A stretch of DNA of 36,540 nt from Spirochaetaceae bacterium (GTDB lineage Bacteria > Spirochaetota > Spirochaetia > UBA9216): contig JAQQAK010000213.1 of assembly GCA_028527945.1 (NCBI GenBank), positions 1 to 36,540 of the forward strand, given 5' to 3'. The position numbers were made by a program, and so were the translations under genes. A model generated the notes under the pieces. The model saw only the letters and a list, made by a program, of their open reading frames with translations, searched no databases and was not told the origin of the DNA. Positions 7,886 to 16,345 of the stretch are shown piece by piece; the stretch's first letter is position 1, and every line of letters starts with the position of its first letter.

Positions 7886-9086
7886 ATTCATTTCTCTTTG
7901 GTTTATCAAAAATCCTTTTAAATATATTACCTTCTTTTATATTCTCTCTGGCCGTAATTGTTCCGCTTTGGTATATGTTTCCATTCCCATCTTCAAGCTG
8001 CCATTTTCCTACAGATGAACCTATAATAACTGGGAGTTTTATTTTATCCGTATAGGCCCTGATCTTTAATTCTGGAATCAGTTCTGTCCGAATAAATGTC
8101 TTTTCTCCATTACTAAATAAAACATCCAAGTTTTTTTTATTTCCGCCATATATTCTTATTTTTTCGTCTTTTGGTAATTCAGGAGTATACTCTGTCCATC
8201 CGTAGAAGCCGTAGCCCAACAAATAGGTTGCATCTATTGCTCTTCTTACAGAACCGTCCATCGCATTTTTTCCTGTCCCTCCCATTAGTATGAGGATGAT
8301 TCTTCTTCCATCCTTTTGAGCTGTTACCGCAATATTATATCCTGATTCTTCTATGAAGCCTGTCTTTAGGCCGTCAACTCCCTCGAGTCTTCCTATAAGC
8401 ATGTTATGATTTCCCTGGGTTATTGGTCCGTGAACACTTTCACCTGACGGAGGTAAATTATGCTTTTGTGGATATGTAAAACTTTTGGGGCAATGCAGTA
8501 GTTCCAGATAGTCTTTATTTTTTTCTACATATATTTTGCAGAAGTTTGCAAAGTCACGAGCTGTTGTTGTGTTTAGGGCTGAATATCCAGAAGAGTCATC
8601 AAAGCTTGTATGAGTCATTCCAAGTTTTTTGGCATTATTATTCATCAATTTTATAAAATTATTTACGCTCCCTGCCAGATATTCAGCTACAGCTATTCCT
8701 GCATCATTCCCTGAAGGAAGAGCCATTCCCTGAAGAAGTTCCTTTAGGGTGACTTTTTGCCCTTTTTCCAGGAACATTAATGATGAATGGGGCGGAGCGT
8801 TTCTAAAATCTGCTGAATCAGATATTGGAACAATATCATCAATGTTTGCGTTTCCTTCTCTTACGAGTTCCAGCGTGGTGTATATTGTCATTAGTTTTGT
8901 CATTGATGCTGGAGGAATCTGCTCATCTGGATTTTTTTCGTAAAGAATCTGACCAGTTTCTGCGTCAATCATTATTGCTGATTTGGAGTTTATTTCTGGT
9001 GGAGCAGGAATGTTTTGCGCAAAGGCCTGTAAAGATAAAAATATAAGAAATAATAATAGTAGTGTCTTTTTCATTGAAGAATTCAT
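7884..9086 (-). CDS. D-alanyl-D-alanine carboxypeptidase (peptidase S11, PBP5/6-like) with signal peptide
   Basis: Signal peptide (LLLLFLIFLSLQAFA). SxxK = ASMTK, SxN = PSGND, KTG = LKTGF. A C-terminal beta-domain is present. Confidence 0.85.
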   Translation of the reverse strand: MNSSMKKTLLLLFLIFLSLQAFAQNIPAPPEINSKSAIMIDAETGQILYEKNPDEQIPPASMTKLMTIYTTLELVREGNANIDDIVPISDSADFRNAPPHSSLMFLEKGQKVTLKELLQGMALPSGNDAGIAVAEYLAGSVNNFIKLMNNNAKKLGMTHTSFDDSSGYSALNTTTARDFANFCKIYVEKNKDYLELLHCPKSFTYPQKHNLPPSGESVHGPITQGNHNMLIGRLEGVDGLKTGFIEESGYNIAVTAQKDGRRIILILMGGTGKNAMDGSVRRAIDATYLLGYGFYGWTEYTPELPKDEKIRIYGGNKKNLDVLFSNGEKTFIRTELIPELKIRAYTDKIKLPVIIGSSVGKWQLEDGNGNIYQSGTITARENIKEGNIFKRIFDKPKRNE

Positions 9087-9272
9087 ACCTTAAAAAAGGT
9101 CTCATTTCAAGGTCTCTTTCTTGTTTATAATCTTTCTTGTTTTAGAAATGGTTGATTTTTTGTTTTGTATGGCTAATGCAGTGATTAGAGTACGGTATAT
9201 TGACCAAAAAAGGCATTAATGGTTAGTTATGTGTACGAAAAAAATAAATAAAATAGATTATGGAGGTCTTTT

Positions 9273-11081
9273 ATGCTTAATTGTTTTAATCCGGAGTTTG
9301 CAATTGAAAACCCTGATTCACCTCAGCTGTTCCGTGAACAGTTTCCTTACAGTGAGGTTCCAAGAATAATGTTTGATAATAAAACAGTTCCAATTGCTCC
9401 CCCGGAGAATTTCTGGATTACTGATACAACCTTTCGGGATGGGCAGCAGGCAAGGCCTCCATACCGACCAGAACAGATTTCTCATATTTTTGATCTTCTT
9501 CATCGCCTTGGCGGACCGAATGGTCTTATACGGCAGAGTGAGTTTTTTCTTTACAGTGAGAAGGATCAAGAGGCTGTCGAGGCGTGTCTTGATAAGAACT
9601 ATCAATATCCTGAGGTCACAGGGTGGATAAGGGCAAATGAGAATGATTTTGCGTTAGTCAAAAAGTTTAATTTGAAAGAGACAGGAATCCTTACCTCTGT
9701 ATCGGATTACCATATCTATCTCAAGCTTAAAAGTAATCGAAAAAAAACAATGGACTCCTATCTTTCTATTGTAAAAAAATCATTGGAAGAGGGGATTATT
9801 CCGCGATGCCATTTTGAGGATGTGACAAGAGCCGATATTTACGGATTTTGTCTGCCATTTGCGGAAGAGCTTCTTAAGTTATCGCAGGAAAGTGGTCTTC
9901 CTGTAAAAATAAGGCTTTGCGATACCATGGGGTATGGAATCAGTTATCCTGGCGCAGTTCTTCCGCGAAGTGTTCCAAAGATGATACATGCTTTTAGTAA
10001 GGAACTGGGGTATCCTTCTGAGCTTTTGGAATGGCATGGGCATAATGATTTTCATAAGGTTCATATTAATGGTTCTACCGCCTGGCTTTATGGGTGTTCA
10101 GCTCTTAATACCTCCCTTTTGGGTTTTGGTGAACGTACAGGGAATCCTCCTCTGGAAGGGGCTGTTATGGAATATATTGGTCTTACAGGTAATGATGGTG
10201 GAATGGATACAACTGTCATTACTGAGATCGCGGAATATTTTAAGGATGTTATCAAGGCTCCGGTTCCTACTAATTATCCGTTTGTTGGAGAGGATTTTAA
10301 TACAACCCGTGCTGGTATTCACGCGGATGGTCTTCTGAAAAATGAGGAAATTTATAACATTTTTGATACCGCCAAACTTCTATCCCGTCCGCTTCGTGTT
10401 ATGGTTACAGACAAATCCGGAATGGCCGGTATTGCAAGATGGCTCAATGAAAATGTTTTGTCAATTCGTAACGGTGAGTTGGAGCCTGTTACCAAGAGGC
10501 ATCCTGGAGTTAAATATATTTATGAATGGGTTATGAAGCAGTATGAGCAGGGGCGTACTACAAGTATTTCAGCTGAAGAAATCCTCTCCGAAGCCCGTCA
10601 TTATATTCCCTCTTTATTTGAGTCTGATTTTGTAAAGGTTAAGAATGAGGCATTATCTCTTGCTCAGAGATTTTCTGAGACTGTTTCTACTGCTTCTGAA
10701 TTGTCTGACGCCAGTAAGGAAGATATTGAAGCTTACCTTGGTAAAATGGTGCATAAAGAGCCTTTTCTTCATTTTCTTACTGTTACAGATCCTCATGGGC
10801 GTCGGGTTGGAGCTTTTCAAACACAAAGGGGAGAGAAGAATAAATTCAGAAGGTTGAGTCGTAAAGATTTTAATGATAAGGAATGGTTTAAAAAGGTTCT
10901 GGCTGAAGGCGAAATCTATCAGTCTGATCTATATTTTTCAATGTATACCGGAGAGTTGATAATGACTACAGCTGTTCCTCTGAAAAATAGTGCAGGTGAA
11001 CTTGTTGGAGTTCTTGATGTAGATTTTAAGTTTGAAGAGGTTGTAAAGCTTTTGGATGATCTTCCTGTAAAGGATATCTGA
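9273..11081 (+). CDS. HMGL-like (DRE-TIM) acyl-CoA:2-oxoacid condensing enzyme of the homocitrate / isopropylmalate / Re-citrate synthase group, with a C-terminal Cache/PDC-like domain
   Basis: GGAGG RBS. Motifs ITDTTFRDGQQ, CDTMGYG and WHGHNDFH (metal ligands). About 150 extra C-terminal residues carry a Cache-like pattern (DKEWFKKVLAEGEIYQSDLYFSMYTGELIMTTAVPLKNSAGELVGVLDVDF). Confidence 0.8.
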   Translation: MLNCFNPEFAIENPDSPQLFREQFPYSEVPRIMFDNKTVPIAPPENFWITDTTFRDGQQARPPYRPEQISHIFDLLHRLGGPNGLIRQSEFFLYSEKDQEAVEACLDKNYQYPEVTGWIRANENDFALVKKFNLKETGILTSVSDYHIYLKLKSNRKKTMDSYLSIVKKSLEEGIIPRCHFEDVTRADIYGFCLPFAEELLKLSQESGLPVKIRLCDTMGYGISYPGAVLPRSVPKMIHAFSKELGYPSELLEWHGHNDFHKVHINGSTAWLYGCSALNTSLLGFGERTGNPPLEGAVMEYIGLTGNDGGMDTTVITEIAEYFKDVIKAPVPTNYPFVGEDFNTTRAGIHADGLLKNEEIYNIFDTAKLLSRPLRVMVTDKSGMAGIARWLNENVLSIRNGELEPVTKRHPGVKYIYEWVMKQYEQGRTTSISAEEILSEARHYIPSLFESDFVKVKNEALSLAQRFSETVSTASELSDASKEDIEAYLGKMVHKEPFLHFLTVTDPHGRRVGAFQTQRGEKNKFRRLSRKDFNDKEWFKKVLAEGEIYQSDLYFSMYTGELIMTTAVPLKNSAGELVGVLDVDFKFEEVVKLLDDLPVKDI

Positions 11082-11090
11082 ATCAATAAT

Positions 11091-11129
11091 ACATAAAACT
11101 GGTATAGCTATGGCTTGTCAGTTTTATGT
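11091..11129. terminator. Hairpin between convergent genes (candidate bidirectional terminator)
   Basis: Perfect 11-bp inverted repeat ACATAAAACTG (11091-11101) / CAGTTTTATGT (11119-11129) with a 17-nt loop. The stem is AT-rich. Confidence 0.45.
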
Positions 11130-11170
11130 AAATTATATGAATAATGTGGATGATAAAATTTGAAATAAGT

Positions 11171-12484
11171 TTAATAGGTAATATTATTCTTCTCAAGAGT
11201 AGCTCTTATCTCTTCCGGTAGAACTTCTGAAGTCTCAAAGTCTATGAATTTGTTATATAATTTTTCTTTTTCTGATTTGCTAAGAGGTATTATATCTGAT
11301 ATAGATCTGCTGGATTTTGACAGATTTGTTCCTGTTGCGTGATAGGGATGTATTGTGGGGTCTCCCATGATAACTATTCCCAGATACCACGAATCATCTT
11401 CACAGCCAATATTATTGTACCATTTTTTGTATGCTTCGCCCCAAGAGTAACCTGCTGCAATAGCTTTGTGAAACTCTACAGGATAGTATACTCCACCGGC
11501 TTTTGTTGAACCCATAATAGCTATACATGATTCTGTTTGATTTATATAACTTTCAGCAACATTATCTACAGTAAATCTTGCAGCCTTACAGTCGAATAAA
11601 TTATAGAAATTTGCATTAAAAGAACTTGTTGCAATGTCTTCGGTTTTGATTAAGTTATAATTATCACCTTCATCTACAAAGAGTGCTGTAGGGTACGCGT
11701 GTATCCACTGAAAAACATATTCTACACCTGTTTGTGTTAATTTGTTTTCGTATGATGCCCTTGTTGTATTTAATGTTGTTTGATAGTAATCAACACTTGA
11801 ATATATCGAATCTAATCCAAAATAATTGTTTTTGTAATTATCTTGCCAGTCGTCATCTTTAAAAATAAACGCGTTATCGTATACAGGTGTCTCACCTGAA
11901 TTAGTTCTATAGTTATGAAGTTTATTAAAATAAAAATTAACCTCATCAGCTGTTCCAGTTAATCTTGATGTATAAATATCTATATGAAGGTCACTGTGAT
12001 AATCAAAATATCCATTTTCATCAGAGTCTGACCACACAGAGTCTGTATCCATAAAATATAAATCTGTAGGAAAAGTTTCTTCTTTGTTAAATGCGGTTTG
12101 TTCATACCAGGCTGCTGGTAGATCCCCTATTAAAAATGCACTTTCAATTACTCCGCTATATGACTTTAATAAATCTTTTAGCTCTACAACATCTGTTGAA
12201 GTCCATGTCGCAATTATGCAATCAATATCTTCTGACGACAGATCTTCTATGTAAGTGTCTACACTGCTTTTGATACTTGAGTAAAGTGAATGTTCAATGA
12301 TTATTAACATTGAGTCGGTTAAAGATGTTGTTGTTTCAGAGTTTTCGTTGCTGCTTGCTGTAGTAGTACTGTCGTTACTTGTTTCATCCAAGTTCAAGAT
12401 AAACATAGAACACCCTGAAAAAATAATAGTCGTAAGAAGTATGAATAATACAATATCTTTTGACTTGAAAAGGGGAATTTTCAT
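11171..12484 (-). CDS. Lipoprotein with clan CD (gingipain/peptidase C25-like) caspase-fold domain
   Basis: Lipobox IIFSGC followed by a Ser/Thr/Asn-rich linker. C25-like pattern PTDLYFMDTDS...DIYTSRL, candidate catalytic His (WIHAYPT) and Cys (LFDCKAARF), and AIMGSTKAG. This is a motif-level call only. Confidence 0.6.
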   Translation of the reverse strand: MKIPLFKSKDIVLFILLTTIIFSGCSMFILNLDETSNDSTTTASSNENSETTTSLTDSMLIIIEHSLYSSIKSSVDTYIEDLSSEDIDCIIATWTSTDVVELKDLLKSYSGVIESAFLIGDLPAAWYEQTAFNKEETFPTDLYFMDTDSVWSDSDENGYFDYHSDLHIDIYTSRLTGTADEVNFYFNKLHNYRTNSGETPVYDNAFIFKDDDWQDNYKNNYFGLDSIYSSVDYYQTTLNTTRASYENKLTQTGVEYVFQWIHAYPTALFVDEGDNYNLIKTEDIATSSFNANFYNLFDCKAARFTVDNVAESYINQTESCIAIMGSTKAGGVYYPVEFHKAIAAGYSWGEAYKKWYNNIGCEDDSWYLGIVIMGDPTIHPYHATGTNLSKSSRSISDIIPLSKSEKEKLYNKFIDFETSEVLPEEIRATLEKNNITY

Positions 12485-12590
12485 GAAAAAAAATATATCG
12501 CGGTTTTATTTTATTTCAATTTTAATATGTGAAATAAAATAAATTGGGATAAGATTGTCTATGTAAAAAAGTTTGGAGGATTGTTTATTT

Positions 12591-13748
12591 ATGAATAGCA
12601 ATATTAAAAGACCCTTAAGTATTGTGATTTTTTCATTAATCATGTTTTTAACTGCTTTTGTGACTATTATAGCAAATGCTTATATAAATGTTTTGCCTCT
12701 TTGGGGAGCGGGAAATATTTTTTCAAAGATGGCTGTTATGGATATTGTTGTAATTGCTATTTATCCAGTGGCTGCAGTTGCAATTTATTCAGTGAAAAAA
12801 ACTGGCTGGTGGATTTTTATCATATCAGCCACCTTTATTTTTGTTTATAACATCATCGCTTTTGTAAAGAATCCAATGGTATCTATTGGCAGTGTGATTT
12901 TATTTAATGCTTTTCTTTTTGCCGGAGCAGGCTTTTTTTTTAGAAGACATATAATTGCTCCTTATTTTAATCCAAGGCTTCGCTGGTGGGAGCAAGCCAG
13001 TCGCTATAATATTGATCTTGGAGTATCTATTCAGAGCCATGACTTATGTGAAATAGGGTACCTTGAAGATATTTCTCAGGGAGGGTGCTTTATTCGAATT
13101 CCTGCTGATGTAAAGGTTGGTTTTGTATATTCTTTGCGTATTTCTCTTGGTAATATTTTAAGTATATCCGTTATGGGGCGTGTTATGCGTATTCTTTCAG
13201 ATGAGGGAATTACTGGATTCGGTTTTATGTTTTACAATCTTTCTGAAACAGAACGGCAAGGATTGATAGGGATGATGGATGCTTTGCAAAGACTTGGTTT
13301 AGGCGAGAATCCCGAAGAAGTTGAAAGCGATGATAAACGAATATATGGTAGATACAGTATTAATATCAGTGCTTCGATTTTATATAAACATAAGGAAGTT
13401 GCGGTTCGTTTAATGAATTTATCTGCTACAGGGGCGTATGTCAGGCTTTCTTCTGATCTTGAGATGGGAAGTCTTTGTGGGTTTTTATGTTCATTAGGTG
13501 ATAACTCTGTAAGACTTGATGCTATTGTTAAATGGAAAAAACAAGCCGAGCATTCATGGATGTATGGTCTTTCGTTTAATGATGTAGCTTATAGTGATCG
13601 ACTCAAAATAATGAAAATCCTTGGTAAAATAAAAATCCTTGGCGGTAAGATTCGTGACAGAGATCAACAGGAATATGAATCAATGATAGAGCAAACTATG
13701 TCTTCAACGCCGTACAGGATTTTTCAAAAACACAAAAAAGCTATTTAA
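12591..13748 (+). CDS. Membrane protein with four N-terminal TM segments and two tandem PilZ (c-di-GMP-binding) domains
   Basis: GGAGGA RBS 10 nt upstream of the ATG at 12591. PilZ signature 1: RLRWWEQASR ... DISQGG. PilZ signature 2: KRIYGR ... NLSATG. Confidence 0.75.
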   Translation: MNSNIKRPLSIVIFSLIMFLTAFVTIIANAYINVLPLWGAGNIFSKMAVMDIVVIAIYPVAAVAIYSVKKTGWWIFIISATFIFVYNIIAFVKNPMVSIGSVILFNAFLFAGAGFFFRRHIIAPYFNPRLRWWEQASRYNIDLGVSIQSHDLCEIGYLEDISQGGCFIRIPADVKVGFVYSLRISLGNILSISVMGRVMRILSDEGITGFGFMFYNLSETERQGLIGMMDALQRLGLGENPEEVESDDKRIYGRYSINISASILYKHKEVAVRLMNLSATGAYVRLSSDLEMGSLCGFLCSLGDNSVRLDAIVKWKKQAEHSWMYGLSFNDVAYSDRLKIMKILGKIKILGGKIRDRDQQEYESMIEQTMSSTPYRIFQKHKKAI

Positions 13749-13796
13749 TTTTTAGTTTAAAAATTGGAACTTCTTTTTTGACTATTTAATAGAGCC

Positions 13797-14696
13797 TCAA
13801 TAGATCATCTTTTTTAAAAGGCCATCGTTACGGCGCCACTTAGGATTCACTTTTACACGCAGATCTAAGTGTACCTGATATGGAAACAGTTTATTTAACT
13901 CTTTTTGAGATTCTGTTCGCACCTTTTTTATGTTTGCGCCGCCTTTGCCTACAAGTATACCTTTTTGGCTTTCTCTTTCAGCTACAAGGAAGGCCCTTAC
14001 CCATAATTTTTTAATTTCTCCATCCTCTTTATATTTCATTTCCATGTCTGCAATTTCTACATAGATTGAATGAGGAAGTTCTTTCTTTGCTGTTTTAATT
14101 GCCTGCTCTCTTATTACTTCCATTACCCTGAAATCAGGCTGCTGATCTGTATAGTAGTCTTCTGGGTACATTAACTCTCCCTCAGGAGCTTTTTCAAAGA
14201 GGCATTTAAGCATTTCATTGATTCCGGTTCCTTTTTGTGCAGAAACAGGAAATACTGTTCCAGAATCAAGAAGCTCTTTTGCGTTTTCTTCTATGAATTC
14301 AGCAGTTTGTTTAACATTGCTCTCAGAAAGGTCTGTTTTGTTAAGTAAGACTATTGTTTTACCAAAATCAGGTTTTAATAAATTCAGAATTTCTCTTTCT
14401 TCTTCTCCCGGAAGTCTTGTTGTATCGAGCATGTAAATAATAATGTCTGCTTCTTCTATAGAGGAAGAGGCTATATCTTTTAAGTAGTTATTAAACTTTT
14501 TGTCAGATTGATGATAGCCTGGAGTGTCAATAAATATTAACTGACCTTCATCACGTGTAATTATTCCTCTTATTTTGTTTCTGGTTGTTTGTGGTATAGG
14601 CGAAACAATAGAAACCTTTTCACCACAAATAGTATTCAATAGTGTTGATTTTCCGGCAGAAGGCCGTCCGATAATCGATATAAATGCTGACTTCAT
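13797..14696 (-). CDS. era: GTPase Era
   Basis: G1 GRPSAGKST, G3 DTPG, G4 NKTD, and a C-terminal KH domain (VGKGGANIKK). Confidence 0.95.
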   Translation of the reverse strand: MKSAFISIIGRPSAGKSTLLNTICGEKVSIVSPIPQTTRNKIRGIITRDEGQLIFIDTPGYHQSDKKFNNYLKDIASSSIEEADIIIYMLDTTRLPGEEEREILNLLKPDFGKTIVLLNKTDLSESNVKQTAEFIEENAKELLDSGTVFPVSAQKGTGINEMLKCLFEKAPEGELMYPEDYYTDQQPDFRVMEVIREQAIKTAKKELPHSIYVEIADMEMKYKEDGEIKKLWVRAFLVAERESQKGILVGKGGANIKKVRTESQKELNKLFPYQVHLDLRVKVNPKWRRNDGLLKKMIY

Positions 14697-14776
14697 TGCT
14701 ATATTTTATTAAATTATATAAAATAGACAATAGCTGTAGCTAAATGATATGCAGATAAATTCAGGAGTTATGTATA

Positions 14777-15355
14777 ATGAGTGAAAACGAGAAAGAAAAA
14801 GCAAAACCTGAGCAGGAGCCTGTTACAGAAAAAATGCTGAAAACGAGAACAATTCTCCTTTCGGGTGAAGTAAATAAAGAGCTTGCTGAAAAGGTTGTAA
14901 GGCAGTTGCTTTTACTTGAAGCTGAGTCTGATGAGCCTATAAAAGTTTTTATAGATTCTCCCGGCGGTGATGTCGATGCCGGATATGCCATTTTTGATAT
15001 GATCCGTTTTGTAAAACCTGATGTCTACACAGTTGGAATGGGGCTTGTCGCAAGTGCCGGAGCGCTTATTCTTCTTGCCGCACCTAAAGAAAGGCGAATC
15101 GGACTTCCTAATTCGCATTATCTTATTCATCAACCGCTTTCCGGAATGCGTGGTGTTGCTACCGAGATTGAGATACATGCAAAAGAACTTGATAAGCTTC
15201 GTAAAAAAATAAATAAACTCATTGCCGACGAAACAGGGCAGGATTATGCAAGAGTTGAAAAAGACACCGATCGTGATTACTGGATGGGTGCCGATGAAGC
15301 TAAAGAATATGGTCTTATTTCAAAGATCGTATCTAACAGGAGTGAGTTTGAATAA
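14777..15355 (+). CDS. clpP: ATP-dependent Clp protease proteolytic subunit, divergent N-terminus
   Basis: AGGAG RBS. Aligns with canonical ClpP from LKTRTILLSGEV onward. Ser (VASAGA), His (LIHQP) and Asp (DRDYWM) are retained. The N-terminal axial-loop segment is replaced by the acidic/lysine-rich SENEKEKAKPEQEP. Confidence 0.9.
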   Translation: MSENEKEKAKPEQEPVTEKMLKTRTILLSGEVNKELAEKVVRQLLLLEAESDEPIKVFIDSPGGDVDAGYAIFDMIRFVKPDVYTVGMGLVASAGALILLAAPKERRIGLPNSHYLIHQPLSGMRGVATEIEIHAKELDKLRKKINKLIADETGQDYARVEKDTDRDYWMGADEAKEYGLISKIVSNRSEFE

Positions 15356-16308
15356 TGGATGCTAATTCTTTGAAAAATACATTTGGTGGATTCCAGCAGG
15401 ATGATGTGTCAAAAGACATAATCTTTAATTCTGGTAAGGTTAGAGATATTTTTGATGCTGGAGACCAATTAGTTATTTCTACATCTGATAGAATTTCTGC
15501 GTTCGATAGAATATTGTCAACTATACCTCATAAGGGAGAGGTGTTAAACCGCCTTTCTCTTTTTTGGTTTGATAAAACTAATGATATAATTCCTAATCAT
15601 ATTGCAAAGAAGATTTCTGCAAGAACGATTGCTGTAAAAAAATGTGAAGTTTTACCTGTTGAAGTAATTGTTAGAGGTTATTTAACAGGTTCAGCATGGC
15701 GTGATTATCAGGACGGAAAGGCCGTTTCCGGAATTGAGCTTCCTGCTGGAATGAAGATGAACCAAAAGTTTGATGTTCCTCTTTTGACTCCTTCAACAAA
15801 GGCTGAATTCGGCGAGCATGATATGCCGATTAGCTGTGAAGAAATAGTTAAACAAGGTCTTGTAGAAGAATCTTTGTGGCGAAAGGTTGAGAAAGCCGCG
15901 CTTGAATTATTTACTTTTGGAAGTAAGTTACTTGAGAATAATGGTTTGATTCTTGTTGATACAAAATATGAGTTTGGAATCCTTGATGGAGAACTTGTTA
16001 TTGTTGATGAGATGCATACCCCTGATTCAAGCCGTTTCTGGTATGCTGATACATATGAAGAGCTTTTTAAAGCCGGTGAAAAACAGCGAAAGATTGATAA
16101 AGAATATCTTAGGCAGTGGCTTATGGAAGAAAAAAACTTTATGGGAAAGGGAGATATTCCTGAGATTCCTGATGAAGTGAGGCTTGAGGTTGCTAACCGT
16201 TATATAAAAGCCTATGAACAGATAACAGGAACTGATTTTGTTCCTGAATCATTAAGTTCGAAAGAAGAGATCCTTGCTGTGAGTGAGTATCTTTCAACTG
16301 TCAAATAA
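15355..16308 (+). CDS. purC: Phosphoribosylaminoimidazole-succinocarboxamide (SAICAR) synthase, long form
   Basis: KVRDIF...STSDRISAFD, LVDTKYEFG and DEMHTPDSSRFW blocks. The start ATG overlaps the clpP stop (TAATG). Confidence 0.9.
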   Translation: MDANSLKNTFGGFQQDDVSKDIIFNSGKVRDIFDAGDQLVISTSDRISAFDRILSTIPHKGEVLNRLSLFWFDKTNDIIPNHIAKKISARTIAVKKCEVLPVEVIVRGYLTGSAWRDYQDGKAVSGIELPAGMKMNQKFDVPLLTPSTKAEFGEHDMPISCEEIVKQGLVEESLWRKVEKAALELFTFGSKLLENNGLILVDTKYEFGILDGELVIVDEMHTPDSSRFWYADTYEELFKAGEKQRKIDKEYLRQWLMEEKNFMGKGDIPEIPDEVRLEVANRYIKAYEQITGTDFVPESLSSKEEILAVSEYLSTVK

Positions 16309-16312
16309 TTTG

Positions 16313-16343
16313 AAGCGCCCTCAAGCAGGGCGCTTATTTTTTT
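16313..16343 (+). terminator. Rho-independent terminator after purC
   Basis: 8-bp GC-rich stem AAGCGCCC (16313-16320) / GGGCGCTT (16328-16335), 7-nt loop, then ATTTTTTT. Confidence 0.7.
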
Positions 16344-16345
16344 AC

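Noticed and set aside
9318-10857. Several 60-116-aa ORFs on both strands within the HMGL-family gene
   Set aside because: They overlap a continuous 602-aa frame with clear catalytic motifs, and their sequences are low-complexity and Leu/Ile/Phe-rich.
16283-16345. N-terminal extension of the EEP gene as drawn in the ORF track (start 16283)
   Set aside because: The extension overlaps the end of purC and runs through its terminator hairpin. The ATG at 16346 gives a proper lipoprotein signal peptide.
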